DNA from: Reyranella sp.
GTDB taxonomy: Bacteria; Pseudomonadota; Alphaproteobacteria; Reyranellales; Reyranellaceae
Direction of reading: 5' to 3'
Length of the DNA stretch: 64,000 bases
NCBI GenBank assembly: GCA_029946105.1
Contig: JAQSDW010000202.1
Location: 8,645-72,644 of the forward strand
How positions within the stretch are numbered: the stretch's first letter is position 1; the number at the start of each line of letters is the position of its first letter. Of the stretch, positions 36,701 to 47,085 are shown piece after piece. The notes under the pieces are model-generated. The model saw only the letters and a list, made by a program, of their open reading frames with translations, was not told the DNA's origin and searched no databases. Made by a program: the position numbers and the translations under genes.

Positions 36701-37461
36701 TCCGCGATGTCGTGGCGCAACCGCGCAAGATCATCTCCGCGCCGACCTGGTCGGGGCTGGAGAGCGACAAGGTCTGCTACAACGCGGGCTACACCAATGT
36801 CCACGAACTGATCCCGTGGCGCACCCTGACCGGGCGCCAGCAGCTCTACCAGGATCACCTCTGGATGCTGGCGTTCGGCGAGGGCCTGTGTGTCTACCGT
36901 CCGCCGCTCGATCTTCGCGCCATCAAGCCGGTGATCGACAGCCGGCCAAACGGCGAGAAGCAGATCGTGCTGAACTTCATCACGCCGCATCAGAAGTGGG
37001 GCATTCACTCCACCTACACCGACAACCTGATGATGCTGACCCTGTCGCGCGGCGGTCCCATTGTCTGGCTGAGCGAGGTCGACGCAGCAAAAGTAGGCAT
37101 CGTCGATAACGACTGGGTCGAGGCCTACAACGTGAACGGCGCGCTGGTCGCACGCGCCGTCGTCTCCCAGCGCATGAAAGAGGGCACGCTCTTCATGTAT
37201 CACGCGCAGGAGAAGATCGTGAACGTGCCCGGGTCGGAAATGACCGGCAACCGCGGTGGCATCCACAACTCGGTCACGCGCGTGGTGATGAAGCCCACGC
37301 ACATGATCGGCGGCTATGCCCAGCTTGCCTACGGTTTCAACTACTACGGCACTATCGGCACCAACCGCGACGAGTTCGTGGTGCTGCGCAAGCTCGCCAA
37401 GGTCGACTGGCTCGAACGCCCGCACAAGGACGCTGTTCCCGTCCTGCGCGCCGCCGAGTGA
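33715..37461 (+). CDS. narG: Respiratory nitrate reductase alpha subunit
   Basis: MSHFLDRL, HGANCTGSCSW, PRGCSRGASYSWY, FYDWYCDLPP, TPHQKWGIHSTY; start ATG 33715. Confidence 0.97.
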   Translation: MSHFLDRLTFFKKVREPFADGHGITTEESRGWEDAYRKRWQHDKIVRSTHGANCTGSCSWKIYVKGGIVTWETQQTDYPRTRPELPNHEPRGCSRGASYSWYLYSGNRVKYPLARSRLLRLWREARTTLTPVAAWASIVENPEKRKAYTSKRGHGGFVRVGWDEATEIVAAANAYTAKTHGPDRIFGFSPIPAMSMVSYAAGSRYLSLIGGVCMSFYDWYCDLPPASPQTWGEQTDVPESADWYNAGFVILWGSNVPQTRTPDAHFYTEARYRGMKSAVICPDYSEASKFGDIWLSVKQGTDSALAMAMGHVILKEYHVDRQAKYFRDYVRQYTDMPMLVRLAKRDGMYVPDRFVRASDFDASLGESNNPEWKTVAFDEISGDVVAPRGSIGFRWGESGKWNLENKESSGKDVALRLSLADVRDEVVEVGFPYFGNIKHEHFVSTDHDGVLKRRVPVKSLKLVDGETFVASVHDLFVANYGVDAGLGGPNVAKSLDDDVPYTPAWAEKITGVSRDKIIQVAREFATNAEKTNGRSMIIIGAAMNHWYHADMNYRGVINMLAMCGCVGQSGGGWAHYVGQEKLRPQSGWLPLAFALDWGRPPRQQNSTSSFYAHSDQWRYETINVGDIVSPTAPPGKWDGAIIDYNIRAERMGWLPSAPQLETNPLQVARDAAGAGMEAKDYVVQKLKSGELKLSCEDPDDPKNWPRNMFVWRSNLLGSSGKGHEYLLKHLLGTTHGVMGKDLGQEGKAKPAEAVWHEEAPQGKLDLLVTLDFRMSTTCVYSDIVLPTATWYEKNDLNTSDMHPFIHPLTAAVDPVWESRSDWEIYKSIAKAFSRVAPEVLGVEKDVVLTPIMHDSPGEMAQPFDVKDWKRGEVEPIPGKTMPAITVVERDYPNVYKRFTSLGPLMERIGNGVKGIAWPTGHEVELLKKLNGVVTAEGPTKGLARIESDIDAAETLLMLAPETNGEVAVRSWAALSKMTGLDHTHLALPKEDEKIRFRDVVAQPRKIISAPTWSGLESDKVCYNAGYTNVHELIPWRTLTGRQQLYQDHLWMLAFGEGLCVYRPPLDLRAIKPVIDSRPNGEKQIVLNFITPHQKWGIHSTYTDNLMMLTLSRGGPIVWLSEVDAAKVGIVDNDWVEAYNVNGALVARAVVSQRMKEGTLFMYHAQEKIVNVPGSEMTGNRGGIHNSVTRVVMKPTHMIGGYAQLAYGFNYYGTIGTNRDEFVVLRKLAKVDWLERPHKDAVPVLRAAE

Positions 37462-37475
37462 AGGGGAGAAGTATC

Positions 37476-38995
<1,520 letters not shown>

Positions 38996-38999
<4 letters not shown>

Positions 39000-39766
39000 T
39001 GAAGACTCTCAGGGCCTTGGCCGCACTGCTTTCCTACCCGACCGCCGACCTCATCGCGGCGGCCGGCGAAATCCGCCAGGTCATCGACGGTGACTCGGTC
39101 CTGCCGGCCGCCGAACGCGGCCAACTGCACCGGCTGATCGACGACTTCGCCGGCGGTGATCTCTACGACCTGCAGGAGCGCTACGGTCTGCTGTTCGACC
39201 GCACGCGGTCGCTGTCGCTGCATCTCTTCGAGCATGTCCATGGCGAGAGCCGTGACCGCGGTCAGGCCATGGTCGATCTGCTCAAGCTTTATGAGGAAAG
39301 CGGCTATACGCCGACGGCGACCGAACTGCCGGATTTCCTGCCGCTGTTCCTGGAGTATGCGTCGACGCGCCCGCCTCAGGCGGCGATCGAGCTGATCGGC
39401 CAGCCGGCCAACGTGATCGCGGCCCTGAAGGAGCGTCTGGTCAAGCGGAGTTCGCTCTACGCCGCCGTGATGTCGGCGCTGCTGGCCCTCTCGAAAGCCA
39501 AGCTCGACGAGAAGGCCCTCGCGGTGCTGCGCGCCGAGCCCGATCCCGAACCCGACGATCTCGAGGCGCTGGATGCGGCCTGGGAAGAGGAGGAAGTGAC
39601 CTTCGGCCCCGGTTCGGCCGACGCCAAGGGCGCCTGTGGCGTCGAGGGGCTTTCCACCCGACTGCGCGCCGCCATGCGGCCGGCCGACGGCGTTGCGCCG
39701 CCGCTCGCGCACGGACGATCAGCCGGGCACCGCCCCATGCCGTCCAACCCGGGAGCCTCGTCATGA
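38996..39766 (+). CDS. narJ: Nitrate reductase molybdenum cofactor assembly chaperone
   Basis: LLFDRTRSLSLHLFEHVHGESRDRGQAMVDL, ELPDFLPLFLE. Confidence 0.95.
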
Positions 39767-40476
39767 AGGACTATGTCTTCCATCTCCTGTTCGTCTGGTA
39801 TCCCTACATCTGCCTGGCGATCTTCCTGCTCGGCAGCCTGGTCCGCTTCGATCGCGAGCAATACACCTGGCGCGCCAGCTCCAGCCAGCTCCTGCGCAAG
39901 CGCCAGCTTCGCTGGGGTTCCAACCTGTTTCATGTCGGCATCCTGTTCCTGCTGCTGGGCCACACCGTCGGTCTGCTGACGCCGACCTGGCTCTACACGC
40001 TCGTCATCACCGTCGAGCAGAAGCAGCTGATCGCGGTTGCTGCCGGCGGCATCGCGGGCGTCATCTGCTTCGTCGGCCTCACGATGTTGCTGCACCGCCG
40101 ACTGTTCGATGTCCGCATCCGCGCCAACAGCTCGGTGATGGACATCGCGATCCTGGCGATCCTCTGGCTTCAGCTCTGCCTCGGCCTCGCCACGCTGCCG
40201 TTCTCCTTCGCCCATTCGGATGGGTCGGTGATGCTGATTCTGTCGCATTGGGCGCAGGGCATCGTGATCCTGCATCCGGTCGATCCGAAGACTCTGCAAG
40301 GCCTCGCCTGGCCTTACCTCACGCACCTCGTACTGGGCATGACCTTGTTCGTGGTCTTCCCGTTCAGCCGCCTGGTGCACATCTGGTCGGCGCCGGTCTG
40401 GTACCTGGGTCGTCGCGGCTACCAGGTCGTGCGCCGCCGCCGGCCGTTGCCGGCCTCTCGTCAGCCGGCGGAGTGA
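39763..40476 (+). CDS. narI: Respiratory nitrate reductase gamma subunit (cytochrome b)
   Basis: YTWRASSSQ, NLFHVGIL, GH.VGLLTP, FPFSRLVHIWS. Confidence 0.95.
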   Translation: MKDYVFHLLFVWYPYICLAIFLLGSLVRFDREQYTWRASSSQLLRKRQLRWGSNLFHVGILFLLLGHTVGLLTPTWLYTLVITVEQKQLIAVAAGGIAGVICFVGLTMLLHRRLFDVRIRANSSVMDIAILAILWLQLCLGLATLPFSFAHSDGSVMLILSHWAQGIVILHPVDPKTLQGLAWPYLTHLVLGMTLFVVFPFSRLVHIWSAPVWYLGRRGYQVVRRRRPLPASRQPAE

Positions 40477-40481
40477 ACGCC

Positions 40482-41333
40482 ATGAGCACCCCTCAGCCTG
40501 CCACCGCGCCGCGCCCGGCCCGCCGTCGCTTTACCCGGCCCGAACCGGTCAGCGTCAACGGCGTGGTCATCCCGAGTGCGGAAATCTCGCGCGAGACCCA
40601 GCATCACCAGGCCACCGATCCCGACCAGGCCTGGATGCTGGCGGCACGGGCGCTGGCGATCCGCGAACTGCTGTCGCAGGAAGTCGAGCGACTGGCGATC
40701 GAGGCGGAGCCGCTCGACGACGGCGAGGGACGCCGCGAGACACCTCAGGAAGCGCGATTGCGTGCCCTGATCGAGCGCGAAGTCGCGGTGCCCAGCGCCG
40801 ACGAAGACGCGTGCCGTCGCTACTACGACGCCAATATCCGCCGCTTCCGCTCGCCCGACCTGTTCGAAGCCGCCCACATCCTGTTCGTGGCAGCACCAGA
40901 CGACATGGAGGCCCGCGACAGGGCCCGCGCGGAGGCAACGGCGCTGATCGTCGAACTGACGCAGGACCCGGCGGGCTTCGCGGCCGCGGCCGCCGCCCAC
41001 TCGACCTGCACCTCTGCCCGGCAGGGCGGCAATCTCGGCCAGGTCAGCACCGGCCAGACCGTTCCCGAGTTCGAGACGGCCTTGCGCGCTATGGTTCCGG
41101 GTTCCGTGCATCCCGAGCCCGTTGAAACCCGCTATGGCCTGCACGTCGTGCGGCTCGACCGCCGTGTCGACGGCGAGCGACTGCCGTTCGATCTCGTCCG
41201 GGATCGCATTGCCGACTACCTCGACGAAGCGGTCCGCCGTCGCGCCCAGCAACAGTACGTGTCGATCCTGGCCGGCCGCGCCCAGGTGACCGGTATCGAC
41301 CTTGCCGCCGCGCGCGGTCCGCTCGTCCAGTAG
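40482..41333 (+). CDS. PpiC-type peptidylprolyl isomerase associated with nar operons
   Basis: AAHILF, HSTCTSARQGGNLGQ, TVPEFE, VETRYGLHVV. Confidence 0.88.
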   Translation: MSTPQPATAPRPARRRFTRPEPVSVNGVVIPSAEISRETQHHQATDPDQAWMLAARALAIRELLSQEVERLAIEAEPLDDGEGRRETPQEARLRALIEREVAVPSADEDACRRYYDANIRRFRSPDLFEAAHILFVAAPDDMEARDRARAEATALIVELTQDPAGFAAAAAAHSTCTSARQGGNLGQVSTGQTVPEFETALRAMVPGSVHPEPVETRYGLHVVRLDRRVDGERLPFDLVRDRIADYLDEAVRRRAQQQYVSILAGRAQVTGIDLAAARGPLVQ

Positions 41334-41339
41334 GAGGCG

Positions 41340-41672
41340 GTGATGGTGCTGGGTCAGGTTCTCGAACGTCTGGGCGACGAGGCATTTGCCGCCGAGACGT
41401 TGGTCGCACTCGAAGATCTCAATCTGATGGTCGAGGTCGAGAAGGCCGGCCGGCCGTTTGGAGAAGGTATCGGGGAATACGCCGCCGGAGCCTCGCGTCG
41501 CTTCGCGCAACTCGCCTCGGATGAAGATTGGCTCGCCCTCATGACGGCGCTCGAGCGTGCCGACGATGCCGGCACGGCCTGCCTGAAACACATGCTCGAA
41601 TGGTCGCTGCGCCACGATGCCGAAGGCACGGACGAGGGTTGCGGCGGCCAATGCACCTGCAAGGGGAGTTGA
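41340..41672 (+). CDS. Small hypothetical protein of the nar operon
   Basis: RBS GGAGG, tight coupling to neighbours, Cys-rich tail GCGGQCTC. Confidence 0.7.
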   Translation: MMVLGQVLERLGDEAFAAETLVALEDLNLMVEVEKAGRPFGEGIGEYAAGASRRFAQLASDEDWLALMTALERADDAGTACLKHMLEWSLRHDAEGTDEGCGGQCTCKGS

Positions 41673-41675
41673 ACC

Positions 41676-42248
41676 ATGTCCGATATTCTCATCGCTGCAC
41701 TGGTCTATGCCGACGGCATCTATCCCGATCGCGCGATTGCCCGGGCCATCGAGCCGTTGCGCGAGCGTGGCGTTGCCCTGGCGGGCGCGCTGCAGCTCGA
41801 GTCGACCGATCTGCCGGGTCGGCATCCCTGTGACATGATCCTGCAGGATCTCTCGAGCGGCGAAGTCACGGCCATTGCCGAGCATCGCGGCAGCGAGGCC
41901 CGCGGCTGCCGGCTCGACGTCAGTCTCCTGACCGACTTGGCCGAGGCCGTCGCCTTCAGCCTCTACAGCGAGGAGCCGCGGCTCCTGGTGGTCAACAAGT
42001 TCGGCAAGATCGAAGCTGACGGCGGCGGCCTGCGCGGCGCGATCGCCGAAGCCGTCGACCTCGGCATTCCGGTCCTGGTCGGCGTTCCGGCACGCAATCT
42101 CGATCGCTGGCGTGCTTTCGCCGGCCCGCTCGCGGTCGAACTGCCGGCCGAACCGGCGGCGATCGCTGCGTGGCTCGAGGCGCGGGGCCTGCCGGCGACG
42201 TCTGGTGCGCGAGATGCCGCAAGCGCGGACGTATCGCGCCGCGCCTAG
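41676..42248 (+). CDS. DUF2478-like protein (P-loop related)
   Basis: GCRLD, LVVNKFGKIEA.GGGLR, GIPVLVGV. Confidence 0.8.
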   Translation: MSDILIAALVYADGIYPDRAIARAIEPLRERGVALAGALQLESTDLPGRHPCDMILQDLSSGEVTAIAEHRGSEARGCRLDVSLLTDLAEAVAFSLYSEEPRLLVVNKFGKIEADGGGLRGAIAEAVDLGIPVLVGVPARNLDRWRAFAGPLAVELPAEPAAIAAWLEARGLPATSGARDAASADVSRRA

Positions 42249-42268
42249 GCGTAGCGGGACGGCATGAG

Positions 42269-42742
42269 ATGGACGATCTCACCATGGCGCGGGCGATACA
42301 TGTCCTGGCGGTGATCCACTGGATCGGCGGCGTGGCCTTCGTCTCGGCGGTGATCCTGCCGGCTATCGCGGCCTTCGAGGTGCCGTCGCGCCGCGTGGCG
42401 CTTTTCGAGGCGATCGAACATCGCTTTTCCACCCAGGTGAAGATCTCGGTGCCCGTCGCGGGCCTCAGCGGCGCCTACATGGCGTGGCGCCTGGACGCCT
42501 GGAACCGGTTCATCGAGCCAGCAGGCTGGTGGCTGGCGGCCATGGCGCTCGTCTGGCTGCTGTTCATGACGATCCTTTTCATTGTCGAGCCGCTGCTGCT
42601 GCGCGGCTGGTTCCAACGCCGCGCGGCGGCCGATCCGGTGGGCACTCTTCGGCACCTTCAACGGGCCCACGTGCTTCTGTTGCTGGTGGGCACGACGGTC
42701 GCGGCGGCCGGCGTGCTCGGCGCCCACGGTCTACTGAGCTGA
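42269..42742 (+). CDS. Membrane protein (CopD/DUF2269-like)
   Basis: ARAIHVLAVIHWIGGVAF, several TM helices, terminal GAHG. Confidence 0.7.
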   Translation: MDDLTMARAIHVLAVIHWIGGVAFVSAVILPAIAAFEVPSRRVALFEAIEHRFSTQVKISVPVAGLSGAYMAWRLDAWNRFIEPAGWWLAAMALVWLLFMTILFIVEPLLLRGWFQRRAAADPVGTLRHLQRAHVLLLLVGTTVAAAGVLGAHGLLS

Positions 42743-42761
42743 GGCCGCAAAGGAGCGTGAA

Positions 42762-43085
42762 ATGTCCCCGGTTGTTTGTCCGGCATTGCGGCTCGCGGCC
42801 ACAGCTGCGCTCGTCATAGGTGCGGCAGCCTGTACATCGGCACCTCCCGCGTCACCGCAGTTGATGGCGCGCTGCGTGCAGCTCCAAATGCTTTGGGTGC
42901 GCTACGAGCCAGTCTTGACCCTCATTCACACTGGCCAGAAGGCGCAAGTCGAGCTGGCGATGATGGATTGCCAGAACGGCCGGTACGAGGAGGGCATTCA
43001 GGCGCTGGAGAGGATTCTGCGGCGCGGCCGGATGACGGTTCCACGAGCCCAGACTGAGGGAGTCATGGGCTCCCGAGGGGGTTAA
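42762..43085 (+). CDS. Small hypothetical lipoprotein
   Basis: Lipobox GAAAC; last gene before attR. Confidence 0.55.
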   Translation: MSPVVCPALRLAATAALVIGAAACTSAPPASPQLMARCVQLQMLWVRYEPVLTLIHTGQKAQVELAMMDCQNGRYEEGIQALERILRRGRMTVPRAQTEGVMGSRGG

Positions 43086-43100
43086 TGGGGACTTATGGGT

Positions 43101-43117
43101 TCCTCTCGGGGACGCCA
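43101..43117 (+). repeat. attR core (duplicate of the tRNA-Arg 3' end)
   Basis: TCCTCTCGGGGACGCCA identical to 28032-28048. Confidence 0.9.
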
Positions 43118-43123
43118 TTCCTG

Positions 43124-44413
43124 CTAGAGATCCGTCCTCAGCGACGAGCCCCCAAGGCCCTGGAAGTCGGCGATGTTGGCCCGGCGGCGATCCTCGGCTT
43201 CGGCGAAGCAATGCTCCACGCTGCGCGCCAGAAGTTCGAGTTCGCGTTCAAGGGCTGCCGCGCGCTGCTGCGGCAAACGATCGACCAGGTGTTCGAGCAT
43301 CGCCCGCAGCCGGCGCGCGACCTGGGTGCTGGAGGCGCCGTACTGGCGTACCTCCGTCACCGCGAGGGCCACGATGTCAGCCCAATCGGGAGTCGGAAAC
43401 ACCAGGCGAAGATTGCCGGCCAGATCGCGGACGTGGCCGCCGCCCAGGGCCTTGTTGCCGGCATAGCGCAACAGCCGATGAATCTGGTCGATCGCCACGA
43501 CCGCCGTCGTCGGATCGTTGACGGCCGGCGACAGCGCGCGGGAGGCTATATCCACCATGATGCGGAAGCCGAACATCGGATCCTGGCGCATCGTGCGTTC
43601 CGGACCGAAGACCACGAGCGCGTTTATCGCCGCTTCGTCGATGGCGGCATCCGGCGGGTAGATGCGCGCCAGCGCATCGTCGCTCGAGACGAAGTCGCCA
43701 ACCTGCGGGATCAGCTCGATGATGCAGCCCGTCTTCGTCGCCAGTGCCGCCAGGTCCCGGCTGCCGAAGGCGAGGAAGGTGCCCGACAGTCCGACGCGGT
43801 GCACGACGCGACTTTCCCTGCCGGCGAGTTCGTCGACTTCGTTCGCTTCCGGTCGGGTCGGATCGAAGGCGCCCACGTAGACGCTGTCCATCGCATCTTT
43901 CGCTTCGCTGAAGATGTGCTGCAGCACGGCGATGGGGCGGAGGCCGAGGCCGACCTCCTGGACGAACCAGAAGAAGATCGGGATGGAGGCAACGTTGCCG
44001 GCAACCGCCAGCACGATGATCAGGGCGTGGCGAGACTCGTCGTTCGTGTTGGCCAGGGCCACCAACGTGATGCCGAAGGCGAAAACGAAGGCGCTGGTGG
44101 CGAACTTCATCTGCCAGCGACCAAAGGTGAGGCGGATGAGGCGCGGCGTGGTCTGTCCGCTGGCGAGCTGCACGGCGAGCAACAGGGCCGAGACCGCATA
44201 GACGATGAAGGTGAGCATCGACGAGGAGAAGAGCCCCATCAGCGCCCGCAGGCCATCGATGTCGCTCAGGTCGTAACGCGGCCAGTCGGGGTCGGGCACG
44301 TACCAAAGGATCAGCTTGCCGAAGAACCACGCCAGCAGGATGGCAAAGGAGGGATAGAACCAGAACGAGGAGCGCAGGAACTCCCACAGGCGGTATCGTA
44401 GGTGCCAGCTCAT
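43124..44413 (-). CDS. DUF2254 family membrane protein
   Basis: LAVQLASGQ.TPR, FGPERTMRQDPMFG.R.MVDIA.RALSPAVNDPTTA; start ATG 44413. Confidence 0.85.
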   Translation of the reverse strand: MSWHLRYRLWEFLRSSFWFYPSFAILLAWFFGKLILWYVPDPDWPRYDLSDIDGLRALMGLFSSSMLTFIVYAVSALLLAVQLASGQTTPRLIRLTFGRWQMKFATSAFVFAFGITLVALANTNDESRHALIIVLAVAGNVASIPIFFWFVQEVGLGLRPIAVLQHIFSEAKDAMDSVYVGAFDPTRPEANEVDELAGRESRVVHRVGLSGTFLAFGSRDLAALATKTGCIIELIPQVGDFVSSDDALARIYPPDAAIDEAAINALVVFGPERTMRQDPMFGFRIMVDIASRALSPAVNDPTTAVVAIDQIHRLLRYAGNKALGGGHVRDLAGNLRLVFPTPDWADIVALAVTEVRQYGASSTQVARRLRAMLEHLVDRLPQQRAAALERELELLARSVEHCFAEAEDRRRANIADFQGLGGSSLRTDL

Positions 44414-44478
44414 CACTCTCCCTCGTCCCCGCCACTCTTGCGGGGCACCCTTCGCTAGCAAGCACGGGAGCCGCCACG

Positions 44479-44492
44479 TTGACAAGAATCAA
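44479..44492. promoter_or_regulatory. FNR/FixK-type box between the divergent DUF2254 and ppk2 genes
   Basis: TTGAC-AAGA-ATCAA, one mismatch. Confidence 0.65.
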
Positions 44493-44573
44493 GCACTGCC
44501 GCTCGAAAAAATGGATATTCTCCCCAAAGGCGTCTGCGGCGGCGCGGCAGCGCGATGGAAACAGGAGGCCGAA

Positions 44574-45368
44574 ATGGCCGCGGACAAGGGGAAGCTCGAG
44601 CGCAAGCCCTACGAGAAGGAGCTGAAGAAGCTCCAGACCGAGCTGTGCTACCTGCAGGACTGGCTGAAGGCCACCGGCGAACGCGTCATCGTCGTTCTGG
44701 AAGGACGCGATGCGGCGGGCAAGGGCGGTACCATCAAGGCGATCACCGCGCGCGTCAGTCCGCGCGTCTTTCGTGTCGTGGCGCTGCCGGCGCCATCGGA
44801 TCGCCAAAAGAGCGAAATGTACATGCAGCGTTACGTCGAGCATTTCCCGGCGGGTGGCGAAATGGTGATCTTCGATCGCAGCTGGTACAATCGGGCCGGC
44901 GTCGAGCATGTCATGGGCTTCTGTACGCCCGAGCAGCACGAGAATTTTCTCAAGCTCTGCCCGCCGGTCGAAAAGTTCGTCGTCGATGGCGGCATACGCC
45001 TGATCAAGATCTGGCTCGAGGTCGGGCAGGAAGAGCAGGAGAAGCGCTTCCAGGCTCGCATCGAGGATCCATTGCGGCAATGGAAACTGAGCCCGATGGA
45101 TGTCGAATCCTACAAGCGCTGGTATGCCTTTTCCAAGGCGCGCGATCTCATGCTGGAGCGCACCGACAGCGAGCACGCGCCGTGGCACATCGTCGATTCC
45201 AACGACAAGAAGCGCGCGCGTCTCAACATCATTACCCACATCCTCTCGCGGCTTCCGTACAAGAAGATCAAACGGGAGAAGGTGAAGCTGCCGGCCCGCA
45301 AGGAAGGCAAAAAGTACGACGACCACGCCTCCCTGCAGGGGCGGCGCTTCGTCGAGCAGAAGTACTGA
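44574..45368 (+). CDS. ppk2: Polyphosphate kinase 2
   Basis: EGRDAAGKGG, FDRSWYNRAGVE.VMGF, RQWKLSPMD, DKKRARLN. Confidence 0.95.
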   Translation: MAADKGKLERKPYEKELKKLQTELCYLQDWLKATGERVIVVLEGRDAAGKGGTIKAITARVSPRVFRVVALPAPSDRQKSEMYMQRYVEHFPAGGEMVIFDRSWYNRAGVEHVMGFCTPEQHENFLKLCPPVEKFVVDGGIRLIKIWLEVGQEEQEKRFQARIEDPLRQWKLSPMDVESYKRWYAFSKARDLMLERTDSEHAPWHIVDSNDKKRARLNIITHILSRLPYKKIKREKVKLPARKEGKKYDDHASLQGRRFVEQKY

Positions 45369-45397
45369 AACCGATCAGGGACGAACGGAGAAGCGAC

Positions 45398-45835
45398 ATG
45401 GCAAAGCTGCCGAGTGCGAAAGATCTGCAGATGAAGATCGCCGAGATCGAGGGCGCCAAGGCGTCCGCGGCGGCTCGCATCCATGCGGCCGCGGAGGCGG
45501 AGAAGGAGGCGCTGCTGGCGAAGCTCCTCAGTCCCTCAGGCCTCTCCGATGACGAGGTTGTCGAGAAGGCCGGGTTCATCGTTGCCCGCGCTGTCGAGGA
45601 CGGCCGCACCTCGGTGCAGGTCATGCGCTTTCCCAACCATCTGTGCTCGGACAGCGGCCGCGCCATCAACCAGGCCGAAGCCGGCTGGGAAAAGACGCTT
45701 ACCGGCCGTCCGAAGGAACTCTACGCGTTCTGGGAGCGCCGGCTGAAGCCGCTGGGCTATCATCTCCGCTACGAGATCGTGGACTATCCGGGCGGCATGC
45801 CGGGCGATGTCGGCGTGACCTTGAGCTGGAGCTGA
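45398..45835 (+). CDS. Conserved hypothetical protein downstream of ppk2
   Basis: RBS, FPNHLCSDSGRAINQ, W..TL.G.P, YPGGMPGDVG..LSW. Confidence 0.75.
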   Translation: MAKLPSAKDLQMKIAEIEGAKASAAARIHAAAEAEKEALLAKLLSPSGLSDDEVVEKAGFIVARAVEDGRTSVQVMRFPNHLCSDSGRAINQAEAGWEKTLTGRPKELYAFWERRLKPLGYHLRYEIVDYPGGMPGDVGVTLSWS

Positions 45836-45860
45836 ACTGGCCCGGTGGGCCTTCCAGGCC

Positions 45861-46247
45861 TCAGGCTTTCTTGAAGCTCACCGCGACGTTGTAGGTCGTG
45901 CCACGCGTGTAGGTGCCGGTCAGTTGGTCGCCCGTGCGCTGAAGCGCATATTTGCCGCCCAGCGCCGCGTCGATGGTGAGGGTGGAGCCGGTAATCAATC
46001 CGTAGTTGGTGTTCTTGCCTGTATCGGCCCTGTCTCCGAACGCGGAAACGAACGATTGCAGGGCGAATTCCATTCTTCCGTCGACCTGACCGGTCTGGCG
46101 CACGCCCGTGATGATCAGGCGAGCGCCGCCGACGCCGGGCACGTCGCCCTGCCATTCTCCGACGAACCCGGCGCCGGCTTGCTGGGCCTGGCCGGCCAGC
46201 GGGAGCAACAGGACCGAGGCGGCAATGAAGGACCTTCGTGAATTCAT
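45861..46247 (-). CDS. Small secreted hypothetical protein
   Basis: RR-containing signal-like N-terminus MNSRRSFIAAS, beta-rich body (GEWQG). Confidence 0.65.
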   Translation of the reverse strand: MNSRRSFIAASVLLLPLAGQAQQAGAGFVGEWQGDVPGVGGARLIITGVRQTGQVDGRMEFALQSFVSAFGDRADTGKNTNYGLITGSTLTIDAALGGKYALQRTGDQLTGTYTRGTTYNVAVSFKKA

Positions 46248-46249
46248 GC

Positions 46250-46531
46250 TCAGTTCAACCTCTGCGACTTGAAGGCCCGCCTCAGCCAGACCGTGGCTGC
46301 TCCCAGGACGAGGATACCGACCGGCACCGAGATGCCAAGAACGAAGAGCTTGAAATACGTCCATGTCGCGAACGCGCCCAAATGGGCGAACCACCCATCG
46401 GGCCTGGCCCCGCACATCAGCGTTCCATTGGGCAAGGAATGACAGGTGAGGTGGATGAAGAATGCCCAGCCCATCAGCCATGCGGCAGTTCCGATGAGCC
46501 AGAGCTGAAGCAGGCCGTTTCGCCAGGTCAC
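46250..46531 (-). CDS. Small two-TM hypothetical protein
   Basis: GTG start 46531; two hydrophobic segments; ends 2 bp before the next gene. Confidence 0.55.
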   Translation of the reverse strand: MTWRNGLLQLWLIGTAAWLMGWAFFIHLTCHSLPNGTLMCGARPDGWFAHLGAFATWTYFKLFVLGISVPVGILVLGAATVWLRRAFKSQRLN

Positions 46532-46630
46532 GTATCGCCCTCCTGTGGTTGGATTTTGGACCGGGATGGCCGGGGACGCACGCTCCTCGCGATGCAGGCA
46601 TTGCAAGCATCTAAAAGCCTGTAGAAAAAG

Positions 46631-47067
46631 TTGCAGACTCCGCAGGATATGTGCTATATTTCTGCTATTGTCGCCACGACGTGCATCTACTGCAGGGCCG
46701 CCCGGTTCAGAGACCCGGAGCGGCCTTTTTGGCGACCAAACCATAGCCAGCGCTTTCCGGGGACCCGGTCTGCGCTGGCCCGAACCTTAGACCATGCCCC
46801 GGCCGGCGCATTCGCCGGCTACACTCCAATCGAGGAGGAGGGGCCGTCCCGCGGTCATGTGCCGTGCGTAGCAACGAATGGCTGCCCTCGCTGGAGACCG
46901 TCCAGTGGCAGGGTGGACCGAAGGCGCGAGAAAACGTGTCCCAATAGGGGTTTAGACGGTCTGCTGCGCCCCCAAGACTGTCAGGGCGGACCGCAGGTCG
47001 ATGTTCCGATGTCACACGCCCCTGTCACAGAAAATGTCACAACTTGGTGTGACACTCCGGTGTGACA
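46631..47067 (+). repeat. Dispersed non-coding element, copy E2
   Basis: 5' motif TTGCAGACTCCGCAGG...TATTTCTG; TGTCACA at 47010, 47023, 47035; inverted TGTGACA at 47048, 47061. Confidence 0.7.
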
Positions 47068-47085
47068 CCGGGCGGGCGGCGGTCG

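Noticed and set aside
47010-47067. Heptamer arrays as CRISPR repeats or integron attC sites
   Set aside because: The units are only 7 bp with 5-6 nt spacers. There is no attC-like long imperfect palindrome and no integron integrase nearby.
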